From Neoconidiobolus thromboides FSU 785 (lineage: Eukaryota > Fungi > Entomophthoromycota): a stretch of 64,000 nucleotides of DNA. Shown here in pieces: positions 11,324 to 24,349 of the stretch (its first letter is position 1; the number at the start of each line of letters is the position of its first letter). Made by a program: the position numbers and the translations under genes. The DNA is taken from contig MU626338.1 in assembly GCA_025603075.1 (NCBI GenBank), positions 27,271 to 91,270 on the forward strand. Reading direction: 5' to 3'. The notes under the pieces were generated by a model, which was given only the letters and a program-made list of their open reading frames with translations, had not been told where the DNA came from and searched no databases.

Positions 11324-13014
11324 ATGAACGAAAAAGAAAATTTATTTCAAACTTTAGTTCAAAGGTAAGCTAACTTTTTCAACTCAATTGAATTTAACTA
11401 AATAAAAAAGAACGGAAGTATATAAAAAATTAGCGAGTTCAAAAATAAACCAAGAGTGGAAATTAAAACTGGATGCATTTTTACAACAGGCTGAACTGTT
11501 TAAAGATAATGAGTTTGAGGTAAATAAAATAGTGACTATGCAGAAAAGTTCTAAAGAATGATTTAGAGTAAAGCTAACGCTTTATTTAATCAACTAAAAC
11601 TAGAAGAGATAAATAATAAACAGATAAAGATAATAATTAATTTGAAAAAGTTAATTTATAAACTACAAAAATCAAAATTGATAGACCGAGGCACAATTAC
11701 AAAGGTATTTTACTAAAGCAATCTTAATGATAAATGATTTAATATTTTATCTAGGATCAAGGTTTGATAAATCATATTTATTTAAAAATAAAGATTAAAA
11801 TTAATTAAAAGATGATAATAAAACTGAATCATATAAGATTGAGCCATATAGTTTATACTTAAAAACAGGGAATGTAAAGTTATTTTCAAGTATCAATAAG
11901 ATACCAATCAGTTATGAATTACGTAAGATTAAACGATTCCTCTAATTTAAGCAGTTACTAACAAGTACTAGCTAATAAAGTACAAAAGTTAAGCTTGTTA
12001 CCATCTCAAAATAAAAAGGCTGCCCCCTTAAGTAAAATATTAACAAAGAATCCAGGCTCCCTTAATTTTGATATTAACGATCTCATAGAAGTAAAGAAAG
12101 GTAACTGATGGTATTATAATTTATGTTAATTTGTTTATATTTTATTTTAGTTTCAGCTATTATGGCTAGTCCTTATAATAGTATCGGACCTTCTTATGAC
12201 TCTGGAAATAGTTACATAGATGTGAATGATACTAATCTAATTGCAAGTGCACCGAATGGTATTCAATCATAAATTATCCATATTAATTTAATAAACTAAT
12301 AACTTTTAGATAAAAAAGAAGAATATGACTTTTTGAAATTAGAAGGGATTGATCCGGACTTTTTATTAAATGGTATTGAACAGCCAATTGAATGCAATGG
12401 CGCTATTAAAAAACAGATAAACGATGAAGAAAATTTTAATATTGACAAGTTGACTCAAATTATTAATGAAAGCTCAATTGATAATATAAAACAAAGCGTA
12501 CAAAGTATAATACAAGGAAATGAAACGACGTCCAAAAAAAATAAAATAAGAGATGAAGAAGGCAAAGATTTAATCTCAAGTCTCAAAAGAAAACTAAATG
12601 AAAAAGAAATTGAAGGTAAGTATATTCTTTTAATAAAAATAGTTCAATAATCATATTATTTTAGATAATAAGCTAGAGCCAAATGCTATCTTAGTACAAA
12701 CGCACAAAATGCTTTCAAAATTGAAAGAACTCCAACATATAAGATTAAAATATAAAATAGATCAAGTATCTGAAGAAGAGTATAACTTAGGTATTATTAA
12801 TAATTTAAAGTAACTATTAAATTTATTAACTCTCTTTGAAGCTAAACATTTTAGAACAAAAATAAGTCAATTAGTAGATAAAGTACCACCTAAAGCTTTA
12901 GTGCGACCTACTGCGGTTCAGAAAATGATACAAAATTTTGTTAGTTTTGATTCTAATTATCAAGGTACGCTTAAAGCTTATCAACCTTATACTTTTTTAG
13001 ATCATAAAAAGTAA
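11324..13014 (+). CDS. Rsc58/BRD7-BRD9-like chromatin-remodeller subunit (about 10 exons, including a 7-nt microexon; 5' end uncertain)
   Basis: The spliced frame is open to the TAA at 13012-13014. PYNSIGPSYDS...DTNLI and QTHKMLSKLKELQHIRL...EEEYNLAKHFRTKISQLVDKVPPKALVRPTAVQKM resemble BRD7 C-terminal (DUF3512-region) motifs as I recall them. Confidence 0.55.
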
Positions 13015-13527
13015 GGATAAATTTTGTTTTTTACTATTATAAATTAAATTATTTTAGACATTTAATTAAAAATTAATATTTAAAATTGATTTAGTTTGAT
13101 GGTAAAATTACTACTCTCTTAAATAATAATATTAATAAATTTTTTTATAAACATTATATTATTTTGAGTCAGCTTGAACTCAGCTTTTAGTTAATTTTTC
13201 ACAGATAAATTAATTAATGTAAACTAACGGTTAAACTTTTGACTATAAATTAAAGTTTTGAACTTTATTATAAAGGCATAAATTTAATATGATTAATAAT
13301 AACGAACTAATAAAATTAATAAAAGGAATTGAGATCCGAAATTAGTTTTATTTGAACATATTTTAAAATTGATAATAATTATCATTTTAATGTTGTATTA
13401 TAAAAAATAAATAAAACTAGTTTACTCCTGTTTATTTTAGTCAACGCGATAATTTCAATTTATTTTCGTTTTATTCTTATTACAAATTTCACTATTACTA
13501 GCAAAAACAACAAAAAATTAATTTTAA

Positions 13528-14749
13528 ATGAAGCTCAAATTGTTAAATGTATTGAAGGGTAAATAACGATGCGCATGAAATTGAACCAATCAATTCACAT
13601 TGTAACTATTAATAAGCTTTTAATCAAACAACAGAAAGGGCTGCCTTGGTTAATATAAATAGTCAAAGATGGTAGCAACAAAGATAATCAGAAATTTATT
13701 TAAAATGACTAGAAGTCAAAGTAGTTATTATAGTAATGTAATAGCTATTCTAAACTAAAAATTAATAAATTAAAAATTAATATTTTTATTCATTAGGTAG
13801 CTACAAAGCCTTTTATTAAAATAGTTGAAGTTGGACCAAGGGATGGTTTACAAAATGAAAAAAAAGTTATACCAACTGAAGTTAAAGTTAATTTAATTAA
13901 TCAGTTATCAAACACAGGTCTTAAGGCTATCGAAGCTACCTCCTTTGTTTCTCCAAAATGGGTGCCACAAGTAATTTCTATTATGTAATATATAGAACAA
14001 AGTATTAAAACTGAATTTAGATGGGTGATAACTTAGAAGTGATGAAAAAAATAAACAAAAAATCCAATGTAGATTATCCTGTATTAACACCAAATCTCAA
14101 AGGTTTACAGAGTGCTATCGAAGCTGGTGCTAAAGAAGTGGCTATTTTTGGAGCTGCTTCTGAGTCTTTTTCGAAGAAAAACATCAACTGTTCAATTGAT
14201 GAAAGTTTAGATAGGTTTAAAGAAGTGATGGAATTGGCTCTTAAAAATAACATTAAAGTTAGAGGGTACGTTTCATGTGTAGTTGGGTGCCCTTATGAAG
14301 GTTATATCCAACCAGAAGCTGTAGTCAAAGTAGCTAAAAAGATGTTAGATATGGGCTGTTATGAGATAAGCTTAGGAGATACCATAGGTGTAGGGACCCC
14401 TGGAACATTTAAAAAGCTTCTTGATGTGGTTACCAAACAAATTCCTATTGAAAAATTAGCTGTTCATTGCCATGATACTTATGGTCAAGCTTTAGCTAAT
14501 ATTCTACTTTCAGTCCAATATGGCATAAGAGTAGTTGATAGTTCAATCAGTGGATTAGGTGGTTGCCCTTATGCTAAAGGTGCTACCGGGAACGTTGCCA
14601 CTGAGGATGTCGTTTATATGCTTGAAGGTATGAACTACGATACTCAAGTAAACTTACCAGAGCTTATTAAAATAGGAGACTATATTAGTAAAGAACTTGG
14701 AAGGCAGCCAGGATCTAAAACTGCTCAAGCTTTAATTAATAAATTATAG
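13528..14749 (+). CDS. HMGCL: Hydroxymethylglutaryl-CoA lyase, probably mitochondrial
   Basis: [55 protein letters not shown] and [19 protein letters not shown]. The short 5' exons encode a presequence-like segment. Confidence 0.95.
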
Positions 14750-14918
14750 GTTTTGTTTTGAATGAATAGGTTTTCGAATTTATATTTAAACAGTCACTAT
14801 TTTTAATTTTTTTTTGATATTATTTTGGGCAAACAATTTAGTAATAAAATTAATTTTGCTCAAATAGTGAGTCTATTTTTTGTAATAATTTAGTTTTAGT
14901 TAAGCAGTTTTTTAAAGT

Positions 14919-17900
14919 ATGGAGCAATTAAACGCAGAGCTTACGCTTGACCCTTTTGATTATAATCTATGGTGTCAATTACTAAGTGAAGCACAAGCAG
15001 CTGCCAATGAAGACTTAATACGTAGTACTTATGAAAGGGTGCTCGCTGTATTCCCAAACTCTGTAAGTTTTAAATGAACCATTCTTATTCCTATAACTCA
15101 TTTTTATATTCAAGGTTCAACATTGGTTAGAATACATTGATTTTGAATTAAAGAATAACCAGTTAACCAAAGCAGAAGCTTTATTTACTCGTTGTACTAC
15201 ATCTCTTTGTTCTTTAGCTATATTCAAGCTATACCTTCAGTATATTAGAAGGGCCAATAGTACACGTGAGGGTGTTCCTAAGGGGCCAACAGGACGTAAG
15301 ATTATAATTCAAGCTTTTGAATTTGTTCTTCATCGTGCAGGGTATGATCGGGAAGCAGGGCCAGTATGGTTAGAATATATTGCACTCCTCAAAACGAATG
15401 AGGTTAGTGAACTTATAAGTTTATTAAAAAGAGATATTAAATCAATTAAGTATTTAAAGCTTACAAGTTATTTTAGTTTAAGGGCTTTAATATTAAGTTT
15501 TTTTGATATTAATGATACTTGTTTAATTATTTATTTAAGCTTATTTGTTAAATTGCTTTTGTTTTTTTTAGTCACATAACAGCTGGGAGCAACAGCAATC
15601 TATTGAAAAGATTCGAAGAGTTTATCACCAAGCTGTCTCGATCCCCACCTTATCACTTGATCAAATTTGGAAAGAATATGAATTGTTTGAAAACTCACTT
15701 AATCGTGTTGCAGTAAGCTAACTATTAATTTAAAATATTATCTTTGACATTTATTTAAGGCCAAAAAAATATTAAGTGAACGGTCATCGATTTACAACAA
15801 CTCTAAGGCGGTTCTTAAGGACTTAAAAAATTTCACTGATCAGCTTAAACTTTCACTGAAAACCCCAACGAGGCCACCAATGTGGTCTCCAAATGATATA
15901 AAACTGGTAATACTACTGCTTATCTTTGTTAATTATTTATCTTTGTTGATTAATTATTTATTAATTGAATATACAGGCTGAATTATGGAGAAATTATATT
16001 ATTTGGGAAAAAACAAACCCACTTGGTTATGAATTAGTCGACATGGTTCGTGCTCGTCTTATCTTTGCTTATAATCAAGCAATTATTGCTATGCGCTTCT
16101 ATCCTGAATTTTGGTAAGTTAAACTAATATGATTAGTTTATGGTATTCATTCTTTTCTAGGGTTGATTTTGCAACCTTTTATTTGAGGAATAATAAAAAA
16201 AATGAAGCGTTAGCTGTATTCAAAGCTGCCTCTAAAGCACTTCCAACCAGGTAATTGTTTACATTTTATTTAATATCAATATTGATATCTCTTTTAGCAT
16301 ATTAATCAATGTCACTTATGCTGAGTTTCAAGAAAAGCAAAAGAGAGAAAGTGAAGCGCATGAGATATATAGAGAACTTATAAATAAATTAACTAAGCAA
16401 CTTGAAAATATCAAAGAGAGTTATGAAGCCAAGTTAAAAGAACTAAATGCACCAGATAAGGATGATATATTACTTAAAAGTAGAACAGACGGAGTAGAAA
16501 TTGATGGTGAAACAAAAGAAATGTTAAGAAGAAAAGAAAAGGTAAAAGAAAAGCAAAGACTTGAAATAGAAACTTTAAAGGATGAAGATTTGGACAAAAT
16601 CAAAAGACAAATTACTCTTGTTTGGATCCATTATATGAAATCCGCTAGACGTAGTGAGGTAACTTAGTTGATAATATTAATTAGTTAATTAATTAGTTAA
16701 TTAATTAATTAGGGAGTTAAAGGACTACGTAAAGTTTTTGGAGAAGCCAGAAAATCAGGCAATGTCACTTATCATCTTTTTGTTGATTCAGGTAATTTTA
16801 ATTTAGTATTTTATTAAAAAACTAATTAGTTTATAGCATTAATGGAGTACTACCACCAAGATGATCCAAAAATTCCAGAGAACATTTTTCAATATGGACA
16901 GCGGTTTTTTGCTCAAGAACCTGGATATATTTCACAATACCTTGATTATTTAATGAAGAAAAAGGATACAAATAGTAATCTTTTTTCATTTTTATTTTAT
17001 AGTCTTAATATGTATTAGATACTAGAGCATTATTTGAAAGAAGTATAGAAAATATACCAAAAGACAAAGCGCTTGAGCTATGGGAAAAAATATCAAGTTA
17101 TGAAGCAGATTATGGGGATATTTCTAATTTAGAGAAAATAGAATCACGTATCTTCGGGAGTTACTCATTAAGTAATTGTAATTTTTTGTTTTTTTATTTT
17201 ATCTAACATAATTTCAATAGTCTCTGCTTCAAGCCTATATGCTGAAAGGTTAAGTTATTTAGATATAAATGCAGATTCAGAGCTTGGACCTTTAGGTAAC
17301 TCGATTAATTGGTAAATTATAAATATTTTAATTTTACGTTTTAGACAAAGGAATGACCAGCTTAAAACTAGTATCAAATAATCCTGATGAGATTGCTAGT
17401 GCTATAGGAGCATCGAAGAAAACTTTATTAGACTCAGTAATTTCTGAAGAGTTTGTACGTCCAGATTTTAGTAAATGGACTTCCTATAAACCAAATGCTG
17501 ATGGTACTAGAAATCCTGTTACAATTGCTTCATCATCTGCAATGCCAGCAGCTCAAACTGTAAACCAAACCAATCCCATACAAGCCACTGCACCTATACC
17601 TGTTCCTGCACCTGCACCTGCACCTAGTGCTACATTAGAGCAAATACCCCCACAGGCGCCTGCTCCTTTGACAAACATGATGGGTGCGCCTCAACTCCCA
17701 CCTCAACCTCCAGTTATGCCGCAAAACCCTCCTTTAGATCTTCCACCAGCAGTAGCATACTTTTTATCTCAAATACCCCCACCCAGTGATTTCATGGGTA
17801 CTCGTTTAATAATATACTATAATATGATTTTTACTTATGCTTTTTCAGGTCCTAATATACCTATTGATCGTGTTATAAATATGATTGGAGAAGCAGTTTT

Positions 17901-18228
17901 GAATATTCCACCAGCACCCGATATGCCAGGTAACATGAACCCTAACGCACGTATGCCACCAAACTTTCCGAATCAAATGTCACGTCGCCCAGGCCCACCA
18001 GGAGGGTTTAGAGTAATGTTTCTTTATATGTATATTAATTAATTATTAATATTGTTTAAGCCAAATCAAGGTTTTAGAAATGATCATATGAAACGTATGC
18101 AACCTTCACCCCATACTGGGTTTCCAATGTCTTCAGAAGATCAAAGTAAATATGCCTTATTTGTTTATACTATATATTCATATTTTCTAGATTTTCATCA
18201 TATGCAAAAGAGAAATCGACAAATGTGA
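14919..18228 (+). CDS. RNA14: mRNA 3'-end processing factor Rna14/CstF-77 (HAT repeats, ~14 introns)
   Basis: DYNLWCQLLSEAQ...RSTYERVLAVFPNS...WLEYIDFELK...AFEFVL...GPVWLEYI...SWEQQQSIEKIRRVYHQAVSIP, with later HAT repeats and a Pro-rich tail. Confidence 0.9.
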
Positions 18229-18795
18229 AGAGAGAGAAGATATCGAAAGGATGGCAATATTTTTATATCATCAACATTGACCGAATGCAAAAAAAGCATT
18301 TTTAGTTTTCTTTAATCTGTTTTTAATAAAGCTATAAATTGTTTTTTATTTTTATTTTTATTTTATGATATCTTGTTATTTTAAAGGCTTACAATGGTTA
18401 TAAATTTTTTTATCATAACGGTATACTTCATTGTTATATTATTTTAAAAATAGACTAATTGTTCGTTTTTCTATCCTTGCCATTTCCTTATCTTGAATAT
18501 TATTTGAAAATACTAAGTTTATGCTTTCTAAGATCTAAAATAATAAATGATAGTTGTAAATCTAAGAACAGTATTTAAATCATTTAATTTAATAAAAATT
18601 GTTATAATTTTATTTAAAAATGAAAAATCTATTTAATACTCAACTAGTCATTAGTTTCAATAAAAACATTAACACTAATCAAATCTATGTAGTTAAGATA
18701 ATATACATTATTTAGTATTTGTGAGAACAAAAAGCCATAAAATTTAATTAAATTTACTTTAAAATAATTTTTTAAATGATTATATAATAAGATAT

Positions 18796-18894
18796 GGGAG
18801 TGTTTTTTTTGACTTCATTATTTTTTCCATTTTTCAAGCGCTATTTAAGCGGAAAATTTGTTAGTAAAATTCTTAAACACAAAAATACATCCCC
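18796..18894 (-). mobile_element. 99-bp MITE, copy 1, ATAT TSD
   Basis: ATAT|GGGAGTGTTTTTTTTGA...CACAAAAATACATCCCC|ATAT; aligns to the other copies as the reverse complement. Confidence 0.85.
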
Positions 18895-20587
18895 ATATTG
18901 CCATTGTTACTTTTACAATAAACATTAGTGAATAAAACAGAGGTAATTTTCCTCAACTAATATTCAAGTAAAACATCGCTGGTGCTAATTTGAAAACAAT
19001 AAAATTAATTATAAAATTAACAAAGAAGCCAAACGTGATATATTAAATCTACAGGAATGTATCCTTTACTCTAGTATTTTCTAGTATTTAGGGTTTACAA
19101 TTGTAAAAGATAGATAAACAAAATCATATTATTATATTAAATTGTACTTATTAGCAATATTTAAAAAGGTGATACAAGAATTAATATAGAGTAGTTTTAC
19201 TTAACTTTAAAGCTTTATCATAAGATTTTTGTTCCTCAACAAATCAAATCACTTCTTAATATGTTTACTTACCTGTTATTTATCATCTTCTATTCTGTTA
19301 CAAATATTTATACCAAAATATCAGCTAATTTTTTACAATTAAGTACCCATATCTTAAGTAATAAAAGCTTATTAGATTAATAGACCAACTTTCCTTCTTA
19401 TTATTTATGTTGCTAAAAATTATGTTACTGTTAAAAAAATCAGCTTTCTAATTATAGAAATAAATTTATTTACAAAGTTACTAATTAAATTTGTAATATT
19501 ATTATTGGTGTATTTATTGCAACCTTGGAATTTTGATATAAAGTTATCTTGTTATATGTTAGCTTAGAAATAGCTATATAAATCATCGATATCTTTCTTG
19601 TTTAGCGATATGGTAGAAAGATGAGTTAACAAGAATATTGTAGACTATTATTCTGCTCAATTCTTTAGTCGCTATCTTAGTACAATAGGATTGCGTATCC
19701 TATAGTTCGGCTAATCTTAGATGTGACAGATAATCGAACTAGTAATTAATATTAAATTTTGACCTCTCAGATAAAGATATTTGACTAAACTTATTAATCT
19801 CAACTATTAAACTAATAGGTGAATAATAATATATGAAATAGATATTGGAAACCAAGATAACTAAAAGTTTGTATAATTATCATAAGTGTAAATAAGTTCA
19901 AAATCAAAATCTAATATTCTATATCATAAAGTAACTTAAAAACCTTTCTATTTATTCTGATTTATAAATATAGTGCGCTTTTTTATGGTACAGCTTTTCA
20001 ATGTAACATTAGATAATAAAAAAATGAACATGTTATAATTCGTGTTTTTAATGATTTAAAAATTAAAATAATTAATTCAATAGTTTTTGTGTACATGTTT
20101 TGTTTGTAGAAGATATTTTTGAAGAACAAATAGATAAGAACGAATATTTAGAATATGGCTTAGTGATATAGCCATTAAAATAATGTTAAAATAATGTCAA
20201 CATAATATTTTTCGTTAACCATAACATTTATGAAAAAATCTTACAAATCAATAGGATTAATCTAAAGTAATCTTTTACTTTTACACAAATTGAGAACAAG
20301 GCTATAAATAAAAACGAGATTCAGGAATAGAAGGGATAAATTTGAGGAAATTTGTAATATTTTTTACAAATCTGTCTCTTATCTTAATTTTCGGCTTCTA
20401 AATTGAGATTTTCTAATGACGACACCAGTTTCTTTTTAGTTATTCATAATTCGAACTAATTTATCACGTTTTCACAAATACTCAAATACTCGAAAATTGA
20501 AATCAAATACTATTACATCAACTCTAACCAAAATAATATTATATATTAAATAATATTATTATTGGCTAGTATACAATGAGGATATAG

Positions 20588-20595
20588 TATAAAAG
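20588..20595 (+). promoter_or_regulatory. TATA box candidate for THI5
   Basis: TATAAAAG begins 56 bp upstream of the THI5 ATG. Confidence 0.5.
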
Positions 20596-20643
20596 AAATA
20601 TTACATTCTATTTTAATAATTTTTTAAATCACAATTTAAAAAC

Positions 20644-21621
20644 ATGAGTACTGACAAAATCACTTTCTTATTAAACTGGCAAGCTAATCCATACCATGCT
20701 CCAGTATATCTAGCCCAAAAATTAGGTTATTTTGCTGAGGAAGGTATCAAAGTTGCTATTTTAGAACCTTCTGATCCATCCGATGTCACTGAGCTTATTG
20801 GTTCTGGTAAGGTCGATATGGGTCTTAAAGCCATGATTCACACCATTGCTGCAAAGGCAAGGGGCTTCCCAGTTACTTCTTTAGGTACTCTACTTGATGA
20901 ACCATTTACTGGTATCATTCACCTTAAGTCCAAATCTGGTATCACCGAAGATTTCCAATCTTTACGTGGTAAACGCATTGGTTACGTTGGTGAATTTGGT
21001 AAGATCATTATCGATGAACTTACTAAGCACTATGGTATGACCCCAGAAGAGTACACTGCTGTCCGAGTTGGAATGAATGTTTCTGATGCTATTAAACGTG
21101 GTATCATTGATGCTGGTGTTGGTCTTGAAAACGTACAGCAAGTTGAGCTTGAAGAATGGTCTAAAGAACAAGGTCGTGATGCTGATGACGTTGCCATGCT
21201 TAGAATTGATGAGTTAGCCGAATTAGGATGCTGCTGCTTCTGCTCCGTTCTTTACATTGCTAATGATAAATTTATTAAAGAAAATCCAGAAAAGGTAAGA
21301 AAATTCATGAATGCTGTTAGTAAGGCTACTCAATACATGATCAACTCACCACAAAAAGCTTATAATCTCTATACTGAAATCAAACCTATCCTTGGTAATG
21401 ACTTGAACCGTCAAATTTTCCAACGTTCCCGTGTCTACTTCTCTAAAACTTTAGAAAATGTACAAAGAGACTGGACTAAGGTTACTAAGTATGCCAAACG
21501 TCTTGCTGTAGTTGATGAAGATTTTGTACAAAATTGTACTAATGAGTTCCTCCCTCTAGTTGGACAATCAGTCAATGCCCCTGAAGATGCTCTCAGTTCA
21601 GCTGCTTTATTAGCAAAATAA
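20644..21621 (+). CDS. THI5: HMP-P synthase Thi5/Nmt1 (thiamine pyrimidine biosynthesis), intronless
   Basis: [33 protein letters not shown] (PLP Lys and substrate His), LLDEPFTG and the CCCFC motif. Codon usage is strongly that of a highly expressed gene. Confidence 0.97.
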   Translation: MSTDKITFLLNWQANPYHAPVYLAQKLGYFAEEGIKVAILEPSDPSDVTELIGSGKVDMGLKAMIHTIAAKARGFPVTSLGTLLDEPFTGIIHLKSKSGITEDFQSLRGKRIGYVGEFGKIIIDELTKHYGMTPEEYTAVRVGMNVSDAIKRGIIDAGVGLENVQQVELEEWSKEQGRDADDVAMLRIDELAELGCCCFCSVLYIANDKFIKENPEKVRKFMNAVSKATQYMINSPQKAYNLYTEIKPILGNDLNRQIFQRSRVYFSKTLENVQRDWTKVTKYAKRLAVVDEDFVQNCTNEFLPLVGQSVNAPEDALSSAALLAK

Positions 21622-21695
21622 CTTAATACTTAACTTTGAATTGCAATAAAAAAATTAACTTCAAATATTATATTTTTTAATGCATTTAGTCATTT

Positions 21696-21788
21696 GGGGG
21701 GGTGTTTTATAGTTTCATCACTTTTTCCTTTTTTAATTACTATTTGAGTGGAAAAGCTATTAGTAAAACTCTTAAACAATACATCCCC
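21696..21788 (-). mobile_element. MITE copy 2, ATTT TSD
   Basis: ATTT|GGGGGGGTGTTTT...AACAATACATCCCC|ATTT; starts 75 bp after the THI5 stop. Confidence 0.8.
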
Positions 21789-22358
21789 ATTTAATAGTTA
21801 AACTTCTTTCAACACTATTGTGATTTAATATTCGGGATACATAGTAATATTAGTGAATAGGTGAAAAGCATTATTAACAGAATAAATAGTTTATTAGCTT
21901 TGAATTCATAAAATAAAAAATAAAAGTTATAATTATAACCTTTTACTACATTATTTTAAATATATTTCAAAATTTTTTTTATAAGAATGTTTAAAGTTAT
22001 TGAGATAATAAACCAATATTATCATAAATAATGACAACAAAATGTCTGGATTTCGATAAATAGTTTCAATAACAGTTATTAAATAAAATTTGAATAAAGC
22101 TAAATATTATTTGACACAATTTATTATAAACAATATATTGAAGTTTAAATATCAGTCGGATAGATTTTTCATTTATTCAATCCAAATGATTTCGAAATTA
22201 ACTTACATTTTATGTTTGCTAAATGGCACTCTATTAGCCTTTATAGTTATAGTCATTCAGTTCATAAAAGCTGAATGTTCATTCTGAGTTTGGACGAATC
22301 TGAACAAACTTAGGCTCAATCGACATACTATTATTAACATTTAAAAATCTTTGAGTTA

Positions 22359-23642
22359 CTAATCTAGATCTAAGTCAGAATCAAAAGCTGGGTTCATTGG
22401 ACTGATAACGGGCTTAGTAAAGACCTTGATGTTGTTGTCTGTCTTAGCTTGATAAGAGCGTATTGCGTAATGAATTAAAGCTACTGACTGTTTAGCCATA
22501 TCATAATAGGAGGTATTAATCTTTGGGTTAAACATACGGACATGTGATTGTATCTCATCCTTCGTTGGATAATTCATAGATGTAAAACACTCTCTTCCGA
22601 TTTGTGGCGTCCCATTAATACCTGGGACATTGACAAAAGTTGAAATTCCACCTTCTGTTGGTGTCTAATATAATATAATATAAAATTAAAATTCTTTAAT
22701 ATGATATTCTCTATACCTCTACATAAAAGCAATGAAATAACGTTTCTTCATTTTCACTCATTTTTTTAACCCTAAAAGTTATTACTTGATTTTACGATTT
22801 TTTTAAATTCTACCTTCTTGCTAGTTCTTTTGGCTTTCCAAGTTCATTAATGAACTCCAAATGATCAGTAACATATTGATAGAATGACCCAATATGGTCT
22901 TTATATAAATAAGCTCCAGCCGCCCCAGCTGCAACCGCTGCAATCGCTAATCCGCCTAAAGCATACTTCATTTTACTATTTCCCGTATCTTTTACTTCTC
23001 TTGTATCTTTTACTTCTCTTGTATCCATTGCTTTTTTAGTAAACTTTGACATAATACTCGTTGCTACTGAAGAAATAGTTGAAGCCTTTGAAGTAGCATG
23101 TCTACTAAACATGTTTTTATTCAGCCCATAAAATGGGGTCTCATACGCGATTATACCTAAAAGTTCTGGAAATGGCTGATAAAGAGAGTCTTTGCTTAAA
23201 TTTGTATCTTGCTTTTCACTTAGATATCTTAAATATGCATCCGAGCCTAAAGTTTTAGAAATACTGTAATCTAATATATATTATATACCTAATAATCCTC
23301 CCATTGAATGCCCTATCATAACAGTTAATAATGGAATATCACCACCAGGCTGAGAGCGACGATGACCTTCAATCCCCTTAAGCCAATCACAAAAACCATC
23401 TATTGCTTTATTTATGCTCCCTTTAGTTTCAAACTGTGGATAAACAGCTATGTTTATATGAGCTTCTGGAATTAAACCGTGTAAACTAGATTTTAGTTGT
23501 TCTGGAAATCCCTTTATGTTGTTTTTGAATTTGTTCAATTGACTTTGTTTAATGTACTTACTTCAAATGTTTGATCTGATCCTCTAAACCCATGAATAAA
23601 GACCAATAAAACTCTCAAACTCTGGTGCTTCTTATTTTCCAT
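22359..23642 (-). CDS. Alpha/beta-hydrolase (DUF676-like putative lipase/serine esterase), 5 exons
   Basis: LLVFIHGFRGSDQTF, the nucleophile elbow GHSMGG, IIAYETPFYGL and a hydrophobic GGLAIAAVAAGAAGAYLY segment. An 18-bp duplication encodes DTREVK twice. Confidence 0.8.
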
Positions 23643-24349
23643 TTTTTAATTAATTCAAGATTAGTTATTAAATTTATAAATGACTGTTCTTCATAAATTT
23701 GATTGTTGTTATTAACAACATTCGTCTCTTTGGTAAGACAGTTATAGCGAATTATTATTGGCTAAAAGCTAAAAGTTACTTTTTGGATGTAAACTTTAAG
23801 TGAAAAGCACTATGAATTAAACAGCAAAGTTAACATTATTTACAGCACTGATAGGTCTATAGCAATAGGAGACATAAAAATCATAGACTCAATAAAAGAT
23901 CTGAACCTATTTGCAGTAACAAAATCAAGAATTTTTATTTTCAAATAATTTTTATCTATAAGTTTTTTATAAAACTGCTCACTAAGTAGTATTGGTTTTT
24001 AAAACTAGCAGTCTACTATATTTATTTTCAAGTAGAAATATACTTGTTAAAGTGCAATGGTTAATACATTAAATTGGGGTTTTCTGCGTTTAGGTTATAA
24101 TTTATGGTAGCATACATGTATTAAAATAGAATGGTTTAGTATGACTTTATTGATTTGAGTAGGGATACGTTGAATCGTGATATCAAACTAGCAAAATATT
24201 TGATGGCACTTTTTTTATTTACCAAAATAAATTATAGCAATTTTCTAGGCAAACAACTAATTTTAAAATCTGGCAAATTAAATCTACCCATTTTTGCAAT
24301 ATTTAGAAAATTGCACTAAATTTTGACTAATCTTTGTTTAAAATATTAA

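Noticed and set aside
15402-15570. Unusually long RNA14 intron as a snoRNA host
   Set aside because: No paired C/D boxes (no CTGA) or H/ACA architecture.
19069-19077. GTATCCTTT, a perfect U12 donor motif (a similar one at ~7615-7624 on the minus strand)
   Set aside because: Not at an exon boundary of any gene, and I saw no matching TCCTTAAC branch site.
19700-19775. CTGAGA on the minus strand upstream of THI5 as a TPP aptamer
   Set aside because: It is antisense to THI5 and lacks the ACCC, ACCUGAU and AGGGA elements.
18792-21792. THI5 flanked by two same-orientation MITEs, suggesting a composite transposon
   Set aside because: Each copy has its own TSD (ATAT/ATAT and ATTT/ATTT), indicating independent insertions. 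At this copy density flanking is expected by chance.
22090-22287. Short hydrophobic ORF between THI5 and the hydrolase (similar short ORFs at 9685 and 45267)
   Set aside because: TTG start or AT-rich intergenic composition with no coding bias. The 45267 ORF is a by-product of the hairpin.
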